A stretch of DNA of 64,000 bases from Thermoplasmata archaeon (GCA_021162065.1 JAGGZK010000049.1:11952-75951), one strand, 5' to 3'; counted from the first letter of the stretch, positions 9,537 through 19,539 are shown. Numbers and translations are program-made. The notes: generated from the sequence alone by a model not told the origin.

Positions 9537-10889
9537 TCAGTAGATTCCCTGGTCTATCATAGAGTCGGCAACCTTTACGAAGCCGGCAATGTTGGCTCCA
9601 ATAAGCAGGTTGCCGGGATGCCCGAATTTCTCCGCATACTTTGCGCTGGCATTGTAGATGTTCACCATGATATCATGCAGTTTTCTGTCCACTTCCTCTG
9701 CCGTCCACTGCAGTCTTATGCTGTTCTGGCTCATTTCCAAGCCGCTGACGGCAACGCCCCCAGCATTTGCAGCCTTCGCCGGTCCAAAGAGCACGCCGTT
9801 CTCGTGGAAGTAGTCAATTGCCTCCAGCGTGGATGGCATGTTTGCTCCTTCCACCACAGCCATCACTCCTGCATCCACAAGCTTCTTTGCATCATTCAGG
9901 TCAATTTCGTTCTGTGTTGCATTTGGAAATGCAATGTCTGCAGCATCAACAATATCCCATGCTTTCTTTCCGGGATGCCAGTCCAGACCGAATTTCTCCG
10001 CCACTTCCTCCAGTCTTCCATGCTTTATTGCCTTTGTCTCATACACAGCCTGCCATATCTCATCGTTTATTCCGTCTGGCAGATACATTGCTCCCTTGGA
10101 ATCGGAAAGTGTTATCACCTTTCCTCCGAGTTCCGTAACTTTCTTTGCAGCAAACTGGGCAACGTTACCGCTTCCGGACATTACAACCTTCTTTCCATTT
10201 AAGTCCGTTCCCTTTGACTTCAGCATCTCCATGAGGAAGTATGTTGCTCCATAACCAGTTGCCTCAGGCCTTATATATGAACCGCCCCAGTTCAGTCCCT
10301 TTCCTGTGAGCACGCCTTCAAATCTATTGACTATCTTCTTATATGTTCCGAACAAATAGCCGATTTCTCTTCCTCCAACGCCTATATCTCCGGCTGGCAC
10401 ATCAGTATTTGGTCCGATGTGGCGGTACAACTCGCTCATGAATGCCTCGCAGAAGCGGCGAACCTCGCTGTCGCTCTTTCCATGCGGATCAAAATCGCTG
10501 CCGCCCTTGCCGCCGCCCATTGGCAGCCCTGTCAGTGAGTTCTTGAATATCTGCTCGAAACCGAGGAATTTGAGAATGCTCAAGTTGACGGTGGGATGGA
10601 ACCTCAATCCTCCCTTATATGGGCCGAGTGCGCTGTTGAACTCGACTCTATAACCCCTATTTACATGTATCTCGTGATTGTCATCCTCCCATGAAACACG
10701 GAACATTATGACGCGCTCTGGCTCTGTTATCCTCTCCAGTATCTTGTGCTTCATGTATTTTGGCTCCTTCTCTATTACAGGTATCAGTGAGGTCAAAACC
10801 TCCGTTACTGTCTGGTGAAACTCCTTCTCCCCTGGATTCTTCTCCTTCACTTTTTCTATAATATCTTCTACATATTCCTTGGCATTCAT
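9537..10889 (-). CDS. gdhA: NADP-specific glutamate dehydrogenase, bacterial GdhA-type
   Basis: Near-colinear with E. coli GdhA as recalled: 'RVIQFRV.W.DD...I.VNR..RV.F.SA.GPYKGG.RFHP.VNLSILKFLGFEQ.FKN.LT.LPMGGGKGGSDFDP.GKS..EV.RFC'. Start chosen at 'MNAKEYVED' (the in-frame upstream ATG at 10955 is probably not used). Confidence 0.9.
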   Translation of the reverse strand: MNAKEYVEDIIEKVKEKNPGEKEFHQTVTEVLTSLIPVIEKEPKYMKHKILERITEPERVIMFRVSWEDDNHEIHVNRGYRVEFNSALGPYKGGLRFHPTVNLSILKFLGFEQIFKNSLTGLPMGGGKGGSDFDPHGKSDSEVRRFCEAFMSELYRHIGPNTDVPAGDIGVGGREIGYLFGTYKKIVNRFEGVLTGKGLNWGGSYIRPEATGYGATYFLMEMLKSKGTDLNGKKVVMSGSGNVAQFAAKKVTELGGKVITLSDSKGAMYLPDGINDEIWQAVYETKAIKHGRLEEVAEKFGLDWHPGKKAWDIVDAADIAFPNATQNEIDLNDAKKLVDAGVMAVVEGANMPSTLEAIDYFHENGVLFGPAKAANAGGVAVSGLEMSQNSIRLQWTAEEVDRKLHDIMVNIYNASAKYAEKFGHPGNLLIGANIAGFVKVADSMIDQGIY

Positions 10890-11026
10890 TTTTTCACCGC
10901 GGGTAATACCAATACTAAATATAAACTTTAGTTGAGAAATGCTAACATTTATCACGAAAATGAATTAAAGGGTTAGATGCTAATAATCCAGAATGGATAA
11001 GGAACCACCTCCTGAAGGCGATATGC

Positions 11027-12229
11027 ATGGTGCCCGGGATATTCAGGGAAAGCACAGTGGCAAAGGACCTAAAGGAGAGTTTACTCTCTCTTCTTCTATC
11101 CACCTTTGGTGATCTGATAACCGGGGTGACCATCGGCTTTTTTACCGGGAGACTAAATGCTGTTCCTGCCCTTCTGATTTTAATACCCCCTGCCATAGGT
11201 ATGAGGGGCAATATATTCGCCTCTCTTGGCTCACGGCTCGGCACATACCTCCATACTGGAGAACTTGTAATAGGAAAGAGAAATAACATTTTTAAGGAGA
11301 ATCTGAACTCCTCCTTTGCCCTGACCTTCATCATGAGCATCTATATAGCCATAATAGCGTGGATGATAGCAGTGCATCTTGGAATGGAGGTGACAATTAT
11401 CGATATGATTCTCATATCCTCCCTGGCAGGAATCTTCTCCGCCCTCATCATGATATTCTTCACCTTCTTCATAGCATTCATGTCATATAAAAGGGGATGG
11501 AATCCCGACAACATGACGGCGCCCCTCATCACGCTCGCCGGCGACATAATAACGCTTCCCCTTCTCTTCTTCTCCATGGAGATGGTTCTCATCATGAACG
11601 ATGTGGAAAAGGAGATTCTTCTCTTCTCCGTTGTTTCATTCACCCTAATAAATTCTCTTCTATCCATGAAGCAGCCCCTTGCCAGAAGAATTCTCATAGA
11701 GAGTGTGCCTGTCTTTCTGGTATGTGGCCTCCTGAGCAGTTTCTCCGGCAGCGTGCTGGGCTCGAGGTTTGACGCCCTCATGGGCAGCGCCGCCATCCTC
11801 ACCATAGTGCCGGCCTTTCTGGAAGATGGAGGAGCCATAGGAGGCATACTTGCGGCCCGTTTTTCCTCAGCCCTCCACATCGGTGAGATGAAGTATGGAA
11901 GAAAGATTCCGAGGAATGCCCTCAATCTTTTTGTGGTGATGCATCTGATAGGGCTGGTGATATTCCCCCTCATCGGTATCTTTGGCTATTTCATAGGCGG
12001 ATGGATGGGGCTGGAGAGCTACAGCATCCTAAGAATGATTTTCATATCCCTTATAGCAGGAGAATTGATGGTATTTATTGTGAATATTCTATCATATCAT
12101 GTATCCGGTGTATCATTCAAAATGGGAGTGAATCCGGACAATGTGGCAATCCCAATACTCACAAGCCTGATGGATTTCATTGGCGTGAGTTGTCTTATAG
12201 GCGTCGCCCTTGTTTTAGGTTCTGGCTAA
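11027..12229 (+). CDS. Divalent-cation (Mg2+) transporter with tandem MgtE-like membrane domains
   Basis: Two copies of the MgtE/SLC41-like segment ('PPAIGMRGNIFASLGSRLGTYLHTGEL' and 'PAFLEDGGAIGGILAARFSSALHIGEM'). Multi-TM. Confidence 0.55.
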   Translation: MVPGIFRESTVAKDLKESLLSLLLSTFGDLITGVTIGFFTGRLNAVPALLILIPPAIGMRGNIFASLGSRLGTYLHTGELVIGKRNNIFKENLNSSFALTFIMSIYIAIIAWMIAVHLGMEVTIIDMILISSLAGIFSALIMIFFTFFIAFMSYKRGWNPDNMTAPLITLAGDIITLPLLFFSMEMVLIMNDVEKEILLFSVVSFTLINSLLSMKQPLARRILIESVPVFLVCGLLSSFSGSVLGSRFDALMGSAAILTIVPAFLEDGGAIGGILAARFSSALHIGEMKYGRKIPRNALNLFVVMHLIGLVIFPLIGIFGYFIGGWMGLESYSILRMIFISLIAGELMVFIVNILSYHVSGVSFKMGVNPDNVAIPILTSLMDFIGVSCLIGVALVLGSG

Positions 12230-12490
12230 AAGGATCTCTATGGCCGATACGTTCCTGTCCTCCATCTCCTCGGTAAAAATCTTTATGTCCTTTATCTCCA
12301 CGCCCTCCAGGAACTTGTTTATGCTTATCTGGCAGGCGTCAACGGCTGTGGATATTGCCCTCCCCCTTGCCTTTATGGTAACCTCGTTTGCCCCCTTTTC
12401 GAACTCTGTCACCACTGCCGTGGCGTATTTTATCGGTGCCTTATTCCCTATATATATTACTGCTTCGGATTCCATTGAATGGCAATCCAT
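12215..12490 (-). CDS. albA: DNA/RNA-binding protein Alba
   Basis: 91 aa. 'IYIGNKAPIKYATAVVTEFEKGANEVTIKARGRAISTAVD...VEIKDIKIFTEE....NVSAIEI' is the canonical Alba pattern. Confidence 0.85.
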   Translation of the reverse strand: MDCHSMESEAVIYIGNKAPIKYATAVVTEFEKGANEVTIKARGRAISTAVDACQISINKFLEGVEIKDIKIFTEEMEDRNVSAIEILLART

Positions 12491-12574
12491 TTGTTTATAT
12501 AAAGTTTTTTATAAGATTCCCTGATGCATGCGGCTGCCCCAAAACTAATATAATAAAAAAACATAACAAAATTA

Positions 12575-12997
12575 ATGAGAAAGGATAGGGATGGCGAGAT
12601 AAGGATTGGCATTGTCGTTTCGGAATTCAACTATGACATAACCATGATGATGCTTGAGCGCGCCCGAGAGCATGCGGAGTTTCTTGGGGCGAGAGTGGAG
12701 AGGGTCGTTAAGGTGCCGGGCGTCCTGGATATGCCCATCGCGGTGAAAAAGTTAATGCAGGATATAAACATAGACGGCGTTGTTGTTCTCGGGGCGGTTA
12801 TAGAGGGTGAGACGGAGCATGATGAAGTGGTGATGCAGCAGGCAGCCAGGAAAGTTGTGGATTTATCCGTCGAATTTGAAAAGCCCCTTGGCTTTGGCAT
12901 CACGGGCCATGGCATGAGCCGCCTGCAGGCGGAGGAGAGAATAGAGAGGGCGAAGCAGGCGGTGGAAACGGTGGTAAAGCTCTGCAGGAGACTGTGA
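12575..12997 (+). CDS. ribH: 6,7-dimethyl-8-ribityllumazine synthase (archaeal type)
   Basis: 'IGIVVSEFNYDITMMMLERAREHAEFLGA...VPGVLDMPIAVKKL....IDGVVVLGAVIEGETEHDEVV...GHGMSRLQAEER' closely parallels archaeal lumazine synthases (recalled MJ0303). Confidence 0.8.
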   Translation: MRKDRDGEIRIGIVVSEFNYDITMMMLERAREHAEFLGARVERVVKVPGVLDMPIAVKKLMQDINIDGVVVLGAVIEGETEHDEVVMQQAARKVVDLSVEFEKPLGFGITGHGMSRLQAEERIERAKQAVETVVKLCRRL

Positions 12998-13006
12998 TAG
13001 CATAAA

Positions 13007-13741
13007 ATGCTGGATGGAAAGAATGCTCTCGTCACTGGAGCAAGCCGTGGAATCGGAAGGGCCATAGCCGTAAAGTTTGCCCAGCACGGCACCTTTGTTG
13101 GTGTCAACTATTTTAAAAGCCATGAAAAGGCAAAGGAAACCATGGAGGACGTGAGGCGTTACTCCGATGGCATCCTTCTCCAGGGAGATGTGGGAAAGCT
13201 GGATGAAGCAAAAAGAATAGTGGAAAAATTTGTTGATGTCGCGGGAGGAATAGACATCCTGGTAAACAATGCCGGCATATATCATAGAACGAGTTTCTTG
13301 GAAATGGATGAGGAGATATGGAATAAAACCATGGAAACCAACCTCAAATCATGCTATAATATGTGCATCCATGCCATCCCCCACATGAAGGAGGGCGGGA
13401 GAATAATATTCATCTCCTCCCAGCTGGCCTTCAAGGGCTCGCCCCACGGTGCTGCCTATGCGGCCAGCAAGGCGGGAATGCTCGGGCTGATGAAAAGTCT
13501 TGCCCTGGAACTGGGGGAGAGGAAAATAACGGTAAATGCGGTGGCTCCCGGAACCATAGAAACGGACATAATCTCAAACTACACTGAGGAGATGAAGAGG
13601 AGGAGGGCGGAGGAGGTGCCGCTAAAACGGCTGGGGGAGCCGGAGGATGTGGCCAACGCCTGTTTATTCCTGGCGAGCAGGATGGCAGATTACATAACAG
13701 GGGAGACGATAGTGGTGAGCGGCGGACTTTACATGAAGTGA
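13007..13741 (+). CDS. SDR-family oxidoreductase (3-oxoacyl-ACP reductase-like)
   Basis: 'ALVTGASRGIGRAIA', 'NNAG', and the catalytic 'YAASKAG' (YxxxK). Confidence 0.8.
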   Translation: MLDGKNALVTGASRGIGRAIAVKFAQHGTFVGVNYFKSHEKAKETMEDVRRYSDGILLQGDVGKLDEAKRIVEKFVDVAGGIDILVNNAGIYHRTSFLEMDEEIWNKTMETNLKSCYNMCIHAIPHMKEGGRIIFISSQLAFKGSPHGAAYAASKAGMLGLMKSLALELGERKITVNAVAPGTIETDIISNYTEEMKRRRAEEVPLKRLGEPEDVANACLFLASRMADYITGETIVVSGGLYMK

Positions 13742-13816
13742 TTTTATTTACGGAAGCACCGCTCGTGTAAAAATCATCCCGCAGTTGCATTTTTATTCCT
13801 TTAGCCCTTTTGAATC

Positions 13817-14620
13817 ATGGAGCAGGACCGCATCTCCGGAGCGGCTGAGATAGAGGTAAAAGTGATGGAGCATATTCTTCATGCAGAGGACAGATTCTCA
13901 ACCGCCCTGCAAATCCTGCAGGCCTATCCATCTATGGGTTCCATATGGAATGTGGTAAACAATGCCTTTCTGTATGGAGAAAGAGCAGCAGAAAGGTTTG
14001 ATGAGATGAGGAGGGCGCAGGAGAGGATGGTGAAAAACGCCTCTTCCATTATGGAAGATGGCATAACCATAGCCACCTACAGCAGAAGTTCCACCGTGGT
14101 GAGGATACTGAAAAAATGTGCCGGCAAGAAACTAAAGGTAATATGTTCGGAGTCCCGCCCGAACATGGAGGGAAGAAAACTTGCTATAGAGTTGAATGGC
14201 ATTATGGACGTCATAATTACAACAGATGCTGCCCTCCTTTCGTTGGTGGAGGAGGCGGATATGATTCTCATCGGGGCAGATGCCATCACGGAAGGAGGGG
14301 TGGTAAATAAAGTGGGGACAGCCGCCCTCGCATTTCACGCGAAGGCAAAGGAGATACCGATATATGTGGCCGCTCCTTCCTCCAAGGCATTTCCCTTTGT
14401 TTTCATTAAAGAGGAGAGGGGCGAGGAGATATGGGATGACCCTCCTGGAGGGGTGAAAGTGAGGAATGTTTACTTCGACTTCACCCCATCCCATCTGATC
14501 ACCGGCTTCATAACAGAGAAAGGGGTGGCAAAGAATAAACCGGAATTTAACGGAAGAATATCGGAGGAAATAAGGAGAATAGAAAAAATTTTTGTGGAAA
14601 GATATCAGCGGGTGAGATGA
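13817..14620 (+). CDS. eIF-2B alpha/beta/delta-family protein (ribose-1,5-bisphosphate isomerase / MTR-1-P isomerase-like)
   Basis: 'VICSESRPNMEGRKLAIEL...IGADAITEGGVVNKVGTAALAFHAK' is the IF-2B family core. 267 aa, shorter than canonical R15P isomerases. Confidence 0.55.
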   Translation: MEQDRISGAAEIEVKVMEHILHAEDRFSTALQILQAYPSMGSIWNVVNNAFLYGERAAERFDEMRRAQERMVKNASSIMEDGITIATYSRSSTVVRILKKCAGKKLKVICSESRPNMEGRKLAIELNGIMDVIITTDAALLSLVEEADMILIGADAITEGGVVNKVGTAALAFHAKAKEIPIYVAAPSSKAFPFVFIKEERGEEIWDDPPGGVKVRNVYFDFTPSHLITGFITEKGVAKNKPEFNGRISEEIRRIEKIFVERYQRVR

Positions 14621-14985
14621 AATTCGTATTTGACCGGCATCTCATCCATCTTCCCGCTATATCCACACAACCCACATTTATAGCCCAGCACCACCTTCTC
14701 TCCCAGAAGAGAGATGCTTCTGATTGGCTTCATTTTATTTCCGCAGACGGGGCAGTTCTTCCCCTCCATTTTTCCCTTCCCCTTTTTAACCTCCACCCTC
14801 ACAAAACCGGAGCGGGCTGCTATTATCCTTGCCCTCCTCATGCTGAGGCGATAACTGCTGTCCATTTTCTTTAACTCCTTTGCCATCTCGTCTCTTAATT
14901 TCTTTAGGGAGGAAACATAGCCATACTTTTTGAGCACGGCATAAAGAGCCTTCCTTACTTCCTCCTCCTTGGGGATTTTGTACAT
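14605..14985 (-). CDS. Hypothetical zinc-ribbon protein
   Basis: 126 aa. 'CPVCGNK...C.LCGYSG' Cys4 pairs. Basic N-terminal helical region. Confidence 0.4.
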   Translation of the reverse strand: MYKIPKEEEVRKALYAVLKKYGYVSSLKKLRDEMAKELKKMDSSYRLSMRRARIIAARSGFVRVEVKKGKGKMEGKNCPVCGNKMKPIRSISLLGEKVVLGYKCGLCGYSGKMDEMPVKYEFHLTR

Positions 14986-15025
14986 CCATTTTTAAATGTT
15001 TTCCCGATTTATAAAGTAATATGGT

Positions 15026-16105
15026 TCAGTCCCTCATCACATCTATGGAGTAAAGGTCATTGGTCATTATGCTCCATCTGTAGTATTTCCCGCTGCCCCC
15101 CTTCACTATGCCTCCTACGGGAAGGCCTCCCAGATATGGAGACATGAGCGGGTCTGCCACCAGCCAGTAGCCAAATTCATCTTCAAAGAAGGCATAGCTC
15201 AGATTTGCACTATAATAGGAATCCACATTTTTGAGTATTGAAACATCCTTTCCAATATAAACGGCGGCAAAGGCATGATTGTGGGTGATGTATACTCTTG
15301 CATTTCCCCCGGCTGCGGTAATCATGGCGGCAATGAGCATCGCAAATTCTTCGCAATCTCCCCCATGGTGGAGAGCGTATGATGGAGTATTCCATTCGTC
15401 ATCGCTCTCATTAACATATTTTATGTTTGAATAAACCCAGTCAAATATGGCACATATTTTTCCCACATTGTAGCTGCTTCCATATTCCTCCGTTATCTCC
15501 CTCGTCTTCTCCACCACCTCCACATCATTGGTGTTCACAAGTTTGTTTATTTTGTCGAAATAGGTGTAGTAGTTTTTGTGGAGTTTGTATCCCCCGCTCT
15601 GATAACCATTCACACTCATATTCCATTCCCCTTCCAGATATTCCAGCCCGTGGTCATACCATCTCCCTCCTCTGCCCGCCATGGCATAGGCGCCAATCAT
15701 ATATGTGTGATTCCCCTCGCCTGGGCATCTGAAGGAGAGGAAGAAAACCTTGCTCTCTCCGGGGAAAATCTTCTTCCCGCCATGGAGCATCATGCTCTGC
15801 TCCACCCCATCTATCTTTATGGCAAAACCGTAAATGAATATGTCCGTATTGCCTGTATTATTTATCTGGAGGCGGATGGCACCCATGTAGTTCTTGTAGA
15901 GAGGTGAGAGTTCCCATCTTGCCTCATATTTGTAGTAAATTGGAAGGAGATGGGTTGCTATGGGTTTTTCCACCATGTAAAAGGAGTAGGGCAACGGGGG
16001 CGTTAAATCCCCCTCCTTGAAACCCTCCCTTTCCACATTCTGTATGAAGATGCAACCGCTGAGAAAAAGCATGACTGCAACTGCTGCGGTGACATAAACT
16101 TTCAT
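15026..16105 (-). CDS. Lipoprotein with transglutaminase-like cysteine-protease domain
   Basis: Signal/lipobox 'AVMLFLSGCIF'. 'HHGGDCEEFAMLIAAM' matches the transglutaminase-like G-x-C-x-x-F-A catalytic motif, with downstream His/Asp candidates. Confidence 0.55.
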   Translation of the reverse strand: MKVYVTAAVAVMLFLSGCIFIQNVEREGFKEGDLTPPLPYSFYMVEKPIATHLLPIYYKYEARWELSPLYKNYMGAIRLQINNTGNTDIFIYGFAIKIDGVEQSMMLHGGKKIFPGESKVFFLSFRCPGEGNHTYMIGAYAMAGRGGRWYDHGLEYLEGEWNMSVNGYQSGGYKLHKNYYTYFDKINKLVNTNDVEVVEKTREITEEYGSSYNVGKICAIFDWVYSNIKYVNESDDEWNTPSYALHHGGDCEEFAMLIAAMITAAGGNARVYITHNHAFAAVYIGKDVSILKNVDSYYSANLSYAFFEDEFGYWLVADPLMSPYLGGLPVGGIVKGGSGKYYRWSIMTNDLYSIDVMRD

Positions 16106-16152
16106 ATGATGGCAAATTTGTTTGCCCTATAAATGCTTAACCCATGGTAAAG

Positions 16153-16161
16153 TTTTAAAAA
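16153..16161 (+). promoter_or_regulatory. Putative TATA box for tRNA-Leu
   Basis: 'TTTTAAAAA' lies ~22-30 bp upstream of the tRNA 5' end. Confidence 0.4.
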
Positions 16162-16182
16162 TCCGTATATCATTATTCTCGG

Positions 16183-16266
16183 GCGAGGGTAGCCAAGCCA
16201 GGTCCAAGGCGGCAGACTCAAGATCTGCTGGCGTAGGCCATCGCCGGTTCGAATCCGGCCCCTCGC
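16183..16266 (+). tRNA. tRNA-Leu (anticodon CAA)
   Basis: 7-bp acceptor GCGAGGG/CCCTCGC, anticodon stem GCAGA/TCTGC with loop CTCAAGA, long variable arm, T-arm GCCGG-TTCGAAT-CCGGC, discriminator A. CCA not encoded. An A/T box 'TTTTAAAAA' lies ~25 bp upstream. Confidence 0.85.
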
Positions 16267-16316
16267 ATTTCCAGATTACACACAAAACTTTTTAATCCCC
16301 TTTGGTATAAATATCT

Positions 16317-18779
16317 ATGAAGAAGTTTATAATAGCGGGCCTTGTTTTTGCAATCGCCATTTACGCCTTTGCACAGCCCACCATCAACAGTGTAAGCGAT
16401 TCTCCTGATCCCGTCGAGATGCCGGGTTATAACAACATCACCGCCGACATAACCAACGCCACAGATGCATGGGTGGAAATAAGCTATCCCAATGCCACCC
16501 TCATGGGCAACTTTTCCATGAGCAATGTGGCAGCCACAACAACATGGTATTATAACCACACATATACATATCCCGACCCACTGGGAACGTATTCATATGT
16601 TGTCAAAGCCCACAACGGTACGGGGTGGAGCACATCAGCCACCTACACTTTTGTTCTGCAAGATACAACAGCTCCCTCATCAAGTGTTGATACCCTGTCA
16701 AAATACTGGTATAACTCACAGCCCATTACCATTACCGCCACAGCAACAGACAATTATGCTGTAGCAAACGTTTCCCTCTGGTATCGCTATAGCACAGATA
16801 ACGCAACATGGGGTGCATGGACATTCTTCGGAAAGGATACAGCCTCACCATGGCAGTGGGATTTTACATTCCCCAATGGAGAGGGTTATTATGAATTCTA
16901 CACCATAGCCAATGATACCGCCGGCAATACAGAGGCAGCCCCAGGTTCTGCTGACGAGACTGCCGGCTATGACATTACGGCACCGTCAAGCAGCGTGGAC
17001 GCCATATCAGGATACTGGCAGACATCTCTTCCGTTGACCATAAATGCCACCGCTTCTGATGCCCTCTCGGGCCTGGCTCAGGTGAGCCTGTATTACCGCT
17101 TCTCCACCGATAATGCCACATGGGGTGCCTGGCAGTTGTTCTCCACCGATTCCGCATCTCCCTGGCAGTGGAGCTTTACCGCTCCTTCAGGAGATGGATA
17201 TTATGAATTCCATACAAGGGCAACGGACAATGCAGGAAATGCTGAAGCAGCACCTCTCTCCGCTGATGAAATTGCTGGTATCGATACCACTCCGCCTTCC
17301 ACAACCATCTCCGCCAGCCTGGCATATCTCTCATATGTGACTCCCTCGTCCGACATATCCCTTTCAGCCACCGACTCTGTCTCGGGTGTTAACACCACCT
17401 ACTATCGCATATGGAACGGCTCCTGGAATCCGGCGCCGGGAACAGGGGTTGGAAAATCGAACAACTTCTATGTTTACTCGGGCGTTTTCCATCTTACGAA
17501 AGAGGGAACAAACTATGTGGAGTATTACAGCACCGACAATGCGGGAAATGTGGAGAGTACCCATAACAGAACATATACCGTTGATAACTCTCCTCCATCC
17601 CTTGGCGCCATCGTAGCCAATCCATCCACACAGGTTCCGGGAGGAAGCGTGAATATAACCTGTACTGTTGAAGACACCCTCTCGGGCGTAAATGCTGTTT
17701 ATCTGGAAGTGACATATCCTGACTCCTCCTTTGCAAACTTCACCATGAACCACATTCCATGCACCACCTATTACAGGGAGGAGATATACAATGTGGAGGG
17801 GATGTACAACTTCACCATATATGCTGTCGATAACTTAGGAAATGCGGTTAAAAGCGGAGTATATCACTTTAACATCACCAGCGTAAATCACCCGCCCAAC
17901 ACACCAACGCAGCCCTCTGGAGTTACATCCGGCTATACAGGTGTGTCATACACCTACTCCACCTCCACCGTCGACCCCGATGGAGATAACATATACTATT
18001 TCTTCGACTGGGGAGACGGAAGCAACAGCGGATGGGTTGGCCCCTATGCTTCCGGTGTCACTGCAAGCGCATCCCACATATGGAGCAGCAGCGGCACCTA
18101 TCATGTGAGGGTAAAGGCGAAGGACACGAACAATGCGGAAAGCAGCTGGTCTTCTTATCTTTCCGTGACCATAAGCCCGTCCAATGCTCCACCCGTAACC
18201 ACCTATTCTCTTAATCCGCCCACCGCAGATGGTAAAAATGGATGGTATCTCCAGAACGTCACCGTCACCCTCTCAGCCACAGATCCCGAAGGAGATGCGA
18301 TACTGTATACAAAGTATAGAATAGATGGTGGCTCATGGATTACCTACACGGCCCCCTTCACCATAAGCAGCGAAGGTGCCCATCTTCTGGAGTACTACAG
18401 CCAGGACGATAAGGGAAGCACGGAGGACATAAAAAGCACCACCATAAAGATAGATAAATCGAAGCCGCACATAACATTGCAGCGTCCCCTCACCGGCTAC
18501 CTCTACCTCTTCGACAGGCAGATATGGCCTCTCGCCAGCGGCAACACCATCATAATAGGGAGGATACTGGTGAGAACTGTTGCCTATGACAGCGACTCGG
18601 ACATAGAGAATGTCACCTTTTATGTGAATGGAATGGTGGAGAGCATAGACACCATGTATCCCTATGAATGGCTGTGGAGGGGAAGCGTCGGCTATTATTA
18701 CCTCCATGCGGTGGCGTATAACAAGGCAGGACTGAAGGAGGAAACGGAACCCATCTTGGTATACATATTCAGCCTGTAA
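16317..18779 (+). CDS. Large secreted surface protein with two ~100-aa tandem repeats, a PKD domain and a C-terminal OmpL47-like/Ig-like module
   Basis: Signal peptide 'MKKFIIAGLVFAIAIYAFA'. Repeated 'SSSVD..S.YW..S.P.TI.ATA.D......VSL.YR.STDNATWGAW..F..D.ASPWQW.FT.P.G.GYYEF.T.A.D.AGN.EAAP.SADE'. PKD 'DPDGDNIYYFFDWGDG'. C-terminal 'YRIDGGSW..YT.PF.I..EG.H.LEYYS.D..G..E.....IKIDK..P'. Confidence 0.7.
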   Translation: MKKFIIAGLVFAIAIYAFAQPTINSVSDSPDPVEMPGYNNITADITNATDAWVEISYPNATLMGNFSMSNVAATTTWYYNHTYTYPDPLGTYSYVVKAHNGTGWSTSATYTFVLQDTTAPSSSVDTLSKYWYNSQPITITATATDNYAVANVSLWYRYSTDNATWGAWTFFGKDTASPWQWDFTFPNGEGYYEFYTIANDTAGNTEAAPGSADETAGYDITAPSSSVDAISGYWQTSLPLTINATASDALSGLAQVSLYYRFSTDNATWGAWQLFSTDSASPWQWSFTAPSGDGYYEFHTRATDNAGNAEAAPLSADEIAGIDTTPPSTTISASLAYLSYVTPSSDISLSATDSVSGVNTTYYRIWNGSWNPAPGTGVGKSNNFYVYSGVFHLTKEGTNYVEYYSTDNAGNVESTHNRTYTVDNSPPSLGAIVANPSTQVPGGSVNITCTVEDTLSGVNAVYLEVTYPDSSFANFTMNHIPCTTYYREEIYNVEGMYNFTIYAVDNLGNAVKSGVYHFNITSVNHPPNTPTQPSGVTSGYTGVSYTYSTSTVDPDGDNIYYFFDWGDGSNSGWVGPYASGVTASASHIWSSSGTYHVRVKAKDTNNAESSWSSYLSVTISPSNAPPVTTYSLNPPTADGKNGWYLQNVTVTLSATDPEGDAILYTKYRIDGGSWITYTAPFTISSEGAHLLEYYSQDDKGSTEDIKSTTIKIDKSKPHITLQRPLTGYLYLFDRQIWPLASGNTIIIGRILVRTVAYDSDSDIENVTFYVNGMVESIDTMYPYEWLWRGSVGYYYLHAVAYNKAGLKEETEPILVYIFSL

Positions 18780-18780
18780 C

Positions 18781-19488
18781 ATGGATGCATTCATAATACT
18801 TGTCGAACCGAAATACCCAGGCAATACTGGCTCTGTCGCCAGGGTCATGAAGAACTTTGGCTTCAGCAATCTTATTCTGGTGAATCCGGCCTTTTCCATA
18901 GATGAGGACGAGTGCAGAAAGTATGCCATGCATGCCCAAGATGTTCTCGACAATGCCCTCATTCTCTCCTCCTTTGAGGAACTGGTTGATAGCATAGACT
19001 ACCTGGTGGGAACCACATCCATAGAAAGCAGGAACGACAGGCATCATCTGAGAAAGGTGATGATGGTCAAGGATTTTGCCAGAGAGATATACAAGATGGA
19101 TGGCAGAATAGGCATCGCCTTCGGAAGGGAGGACTACGGGCTGCTAAACAGCGAGATAGAAAAATGTGATTTGCTGGTGAAGATACCCACGAGCGATGTT
19201 TATCCGTCGATGAATCTCTCCCATGCAGTTGCTGTTCTTCTCTATGAAATCTTTTCCAGCAGATACGAGCCGGAGGAGCGCATACTCGCCAGCGGGATGG
19301 AGAAAGAAAAGATGTATGAGTTCTTTGATGCCCTTCTGGATGCCATAAACTATCCTGAGTACAAGAAGGAAAACACCCGCATACTCTTCCGCAGGGTCAT
19401 GGGGAGAAGCATGCTCTCCAGATGGGAATACCACACCCTCATGGGAGTTTTCAAAAAGGCCATAAGGGCAGCGGAGAAGAAGAAATAA
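18781..19488 (+). CDS. SpoU/TrmH-class RNA 2'-O-methyltransferase (TrmJ-like)
   Basis: 'LVEPKYPGNTGSVARVMKNFGFSNLILVNP' is the SPOUT motif 1, and 'IAFGREDYGL' fits the family. 235 aa. Confidence 0.75.
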   Translation: MDAFIILVEPKYPGNTGSVARVMKNFGFSNLILVNPAFSIDEDECRKYAMHAQDVLDNALILSSFEELVDSIDYLVGTTSIESRNDRHHLRKVMMVKDFAREIYKMDGRIGIAFGREDYGLLNSEIEKCDLLVKIPTSDVYPSMNLSHAVAVLLYEIFSSRYEPEERILASGMEKEKMYEFFDALLDAINYPEYKKENTRILFRRVMGRSMLSRWEYHTLMGVFKKAIRAAEKKK

Positions 19489-19539
19489 GGCACCGAATAA
19501 CTGCAAAAGATTTTTATTTATTAACTCCCTTATGTATCA

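Noticed and set aside
16218-16559. 113-aa minus-strand ORF overlapping tRNA-Leu and the start of the 820-aa surface-protein gene
   Set aside because: Overlaps a structural RNA and a strong coding gene on the other strand. Cys/Gly-rich and low-complexity, so judged spurious.
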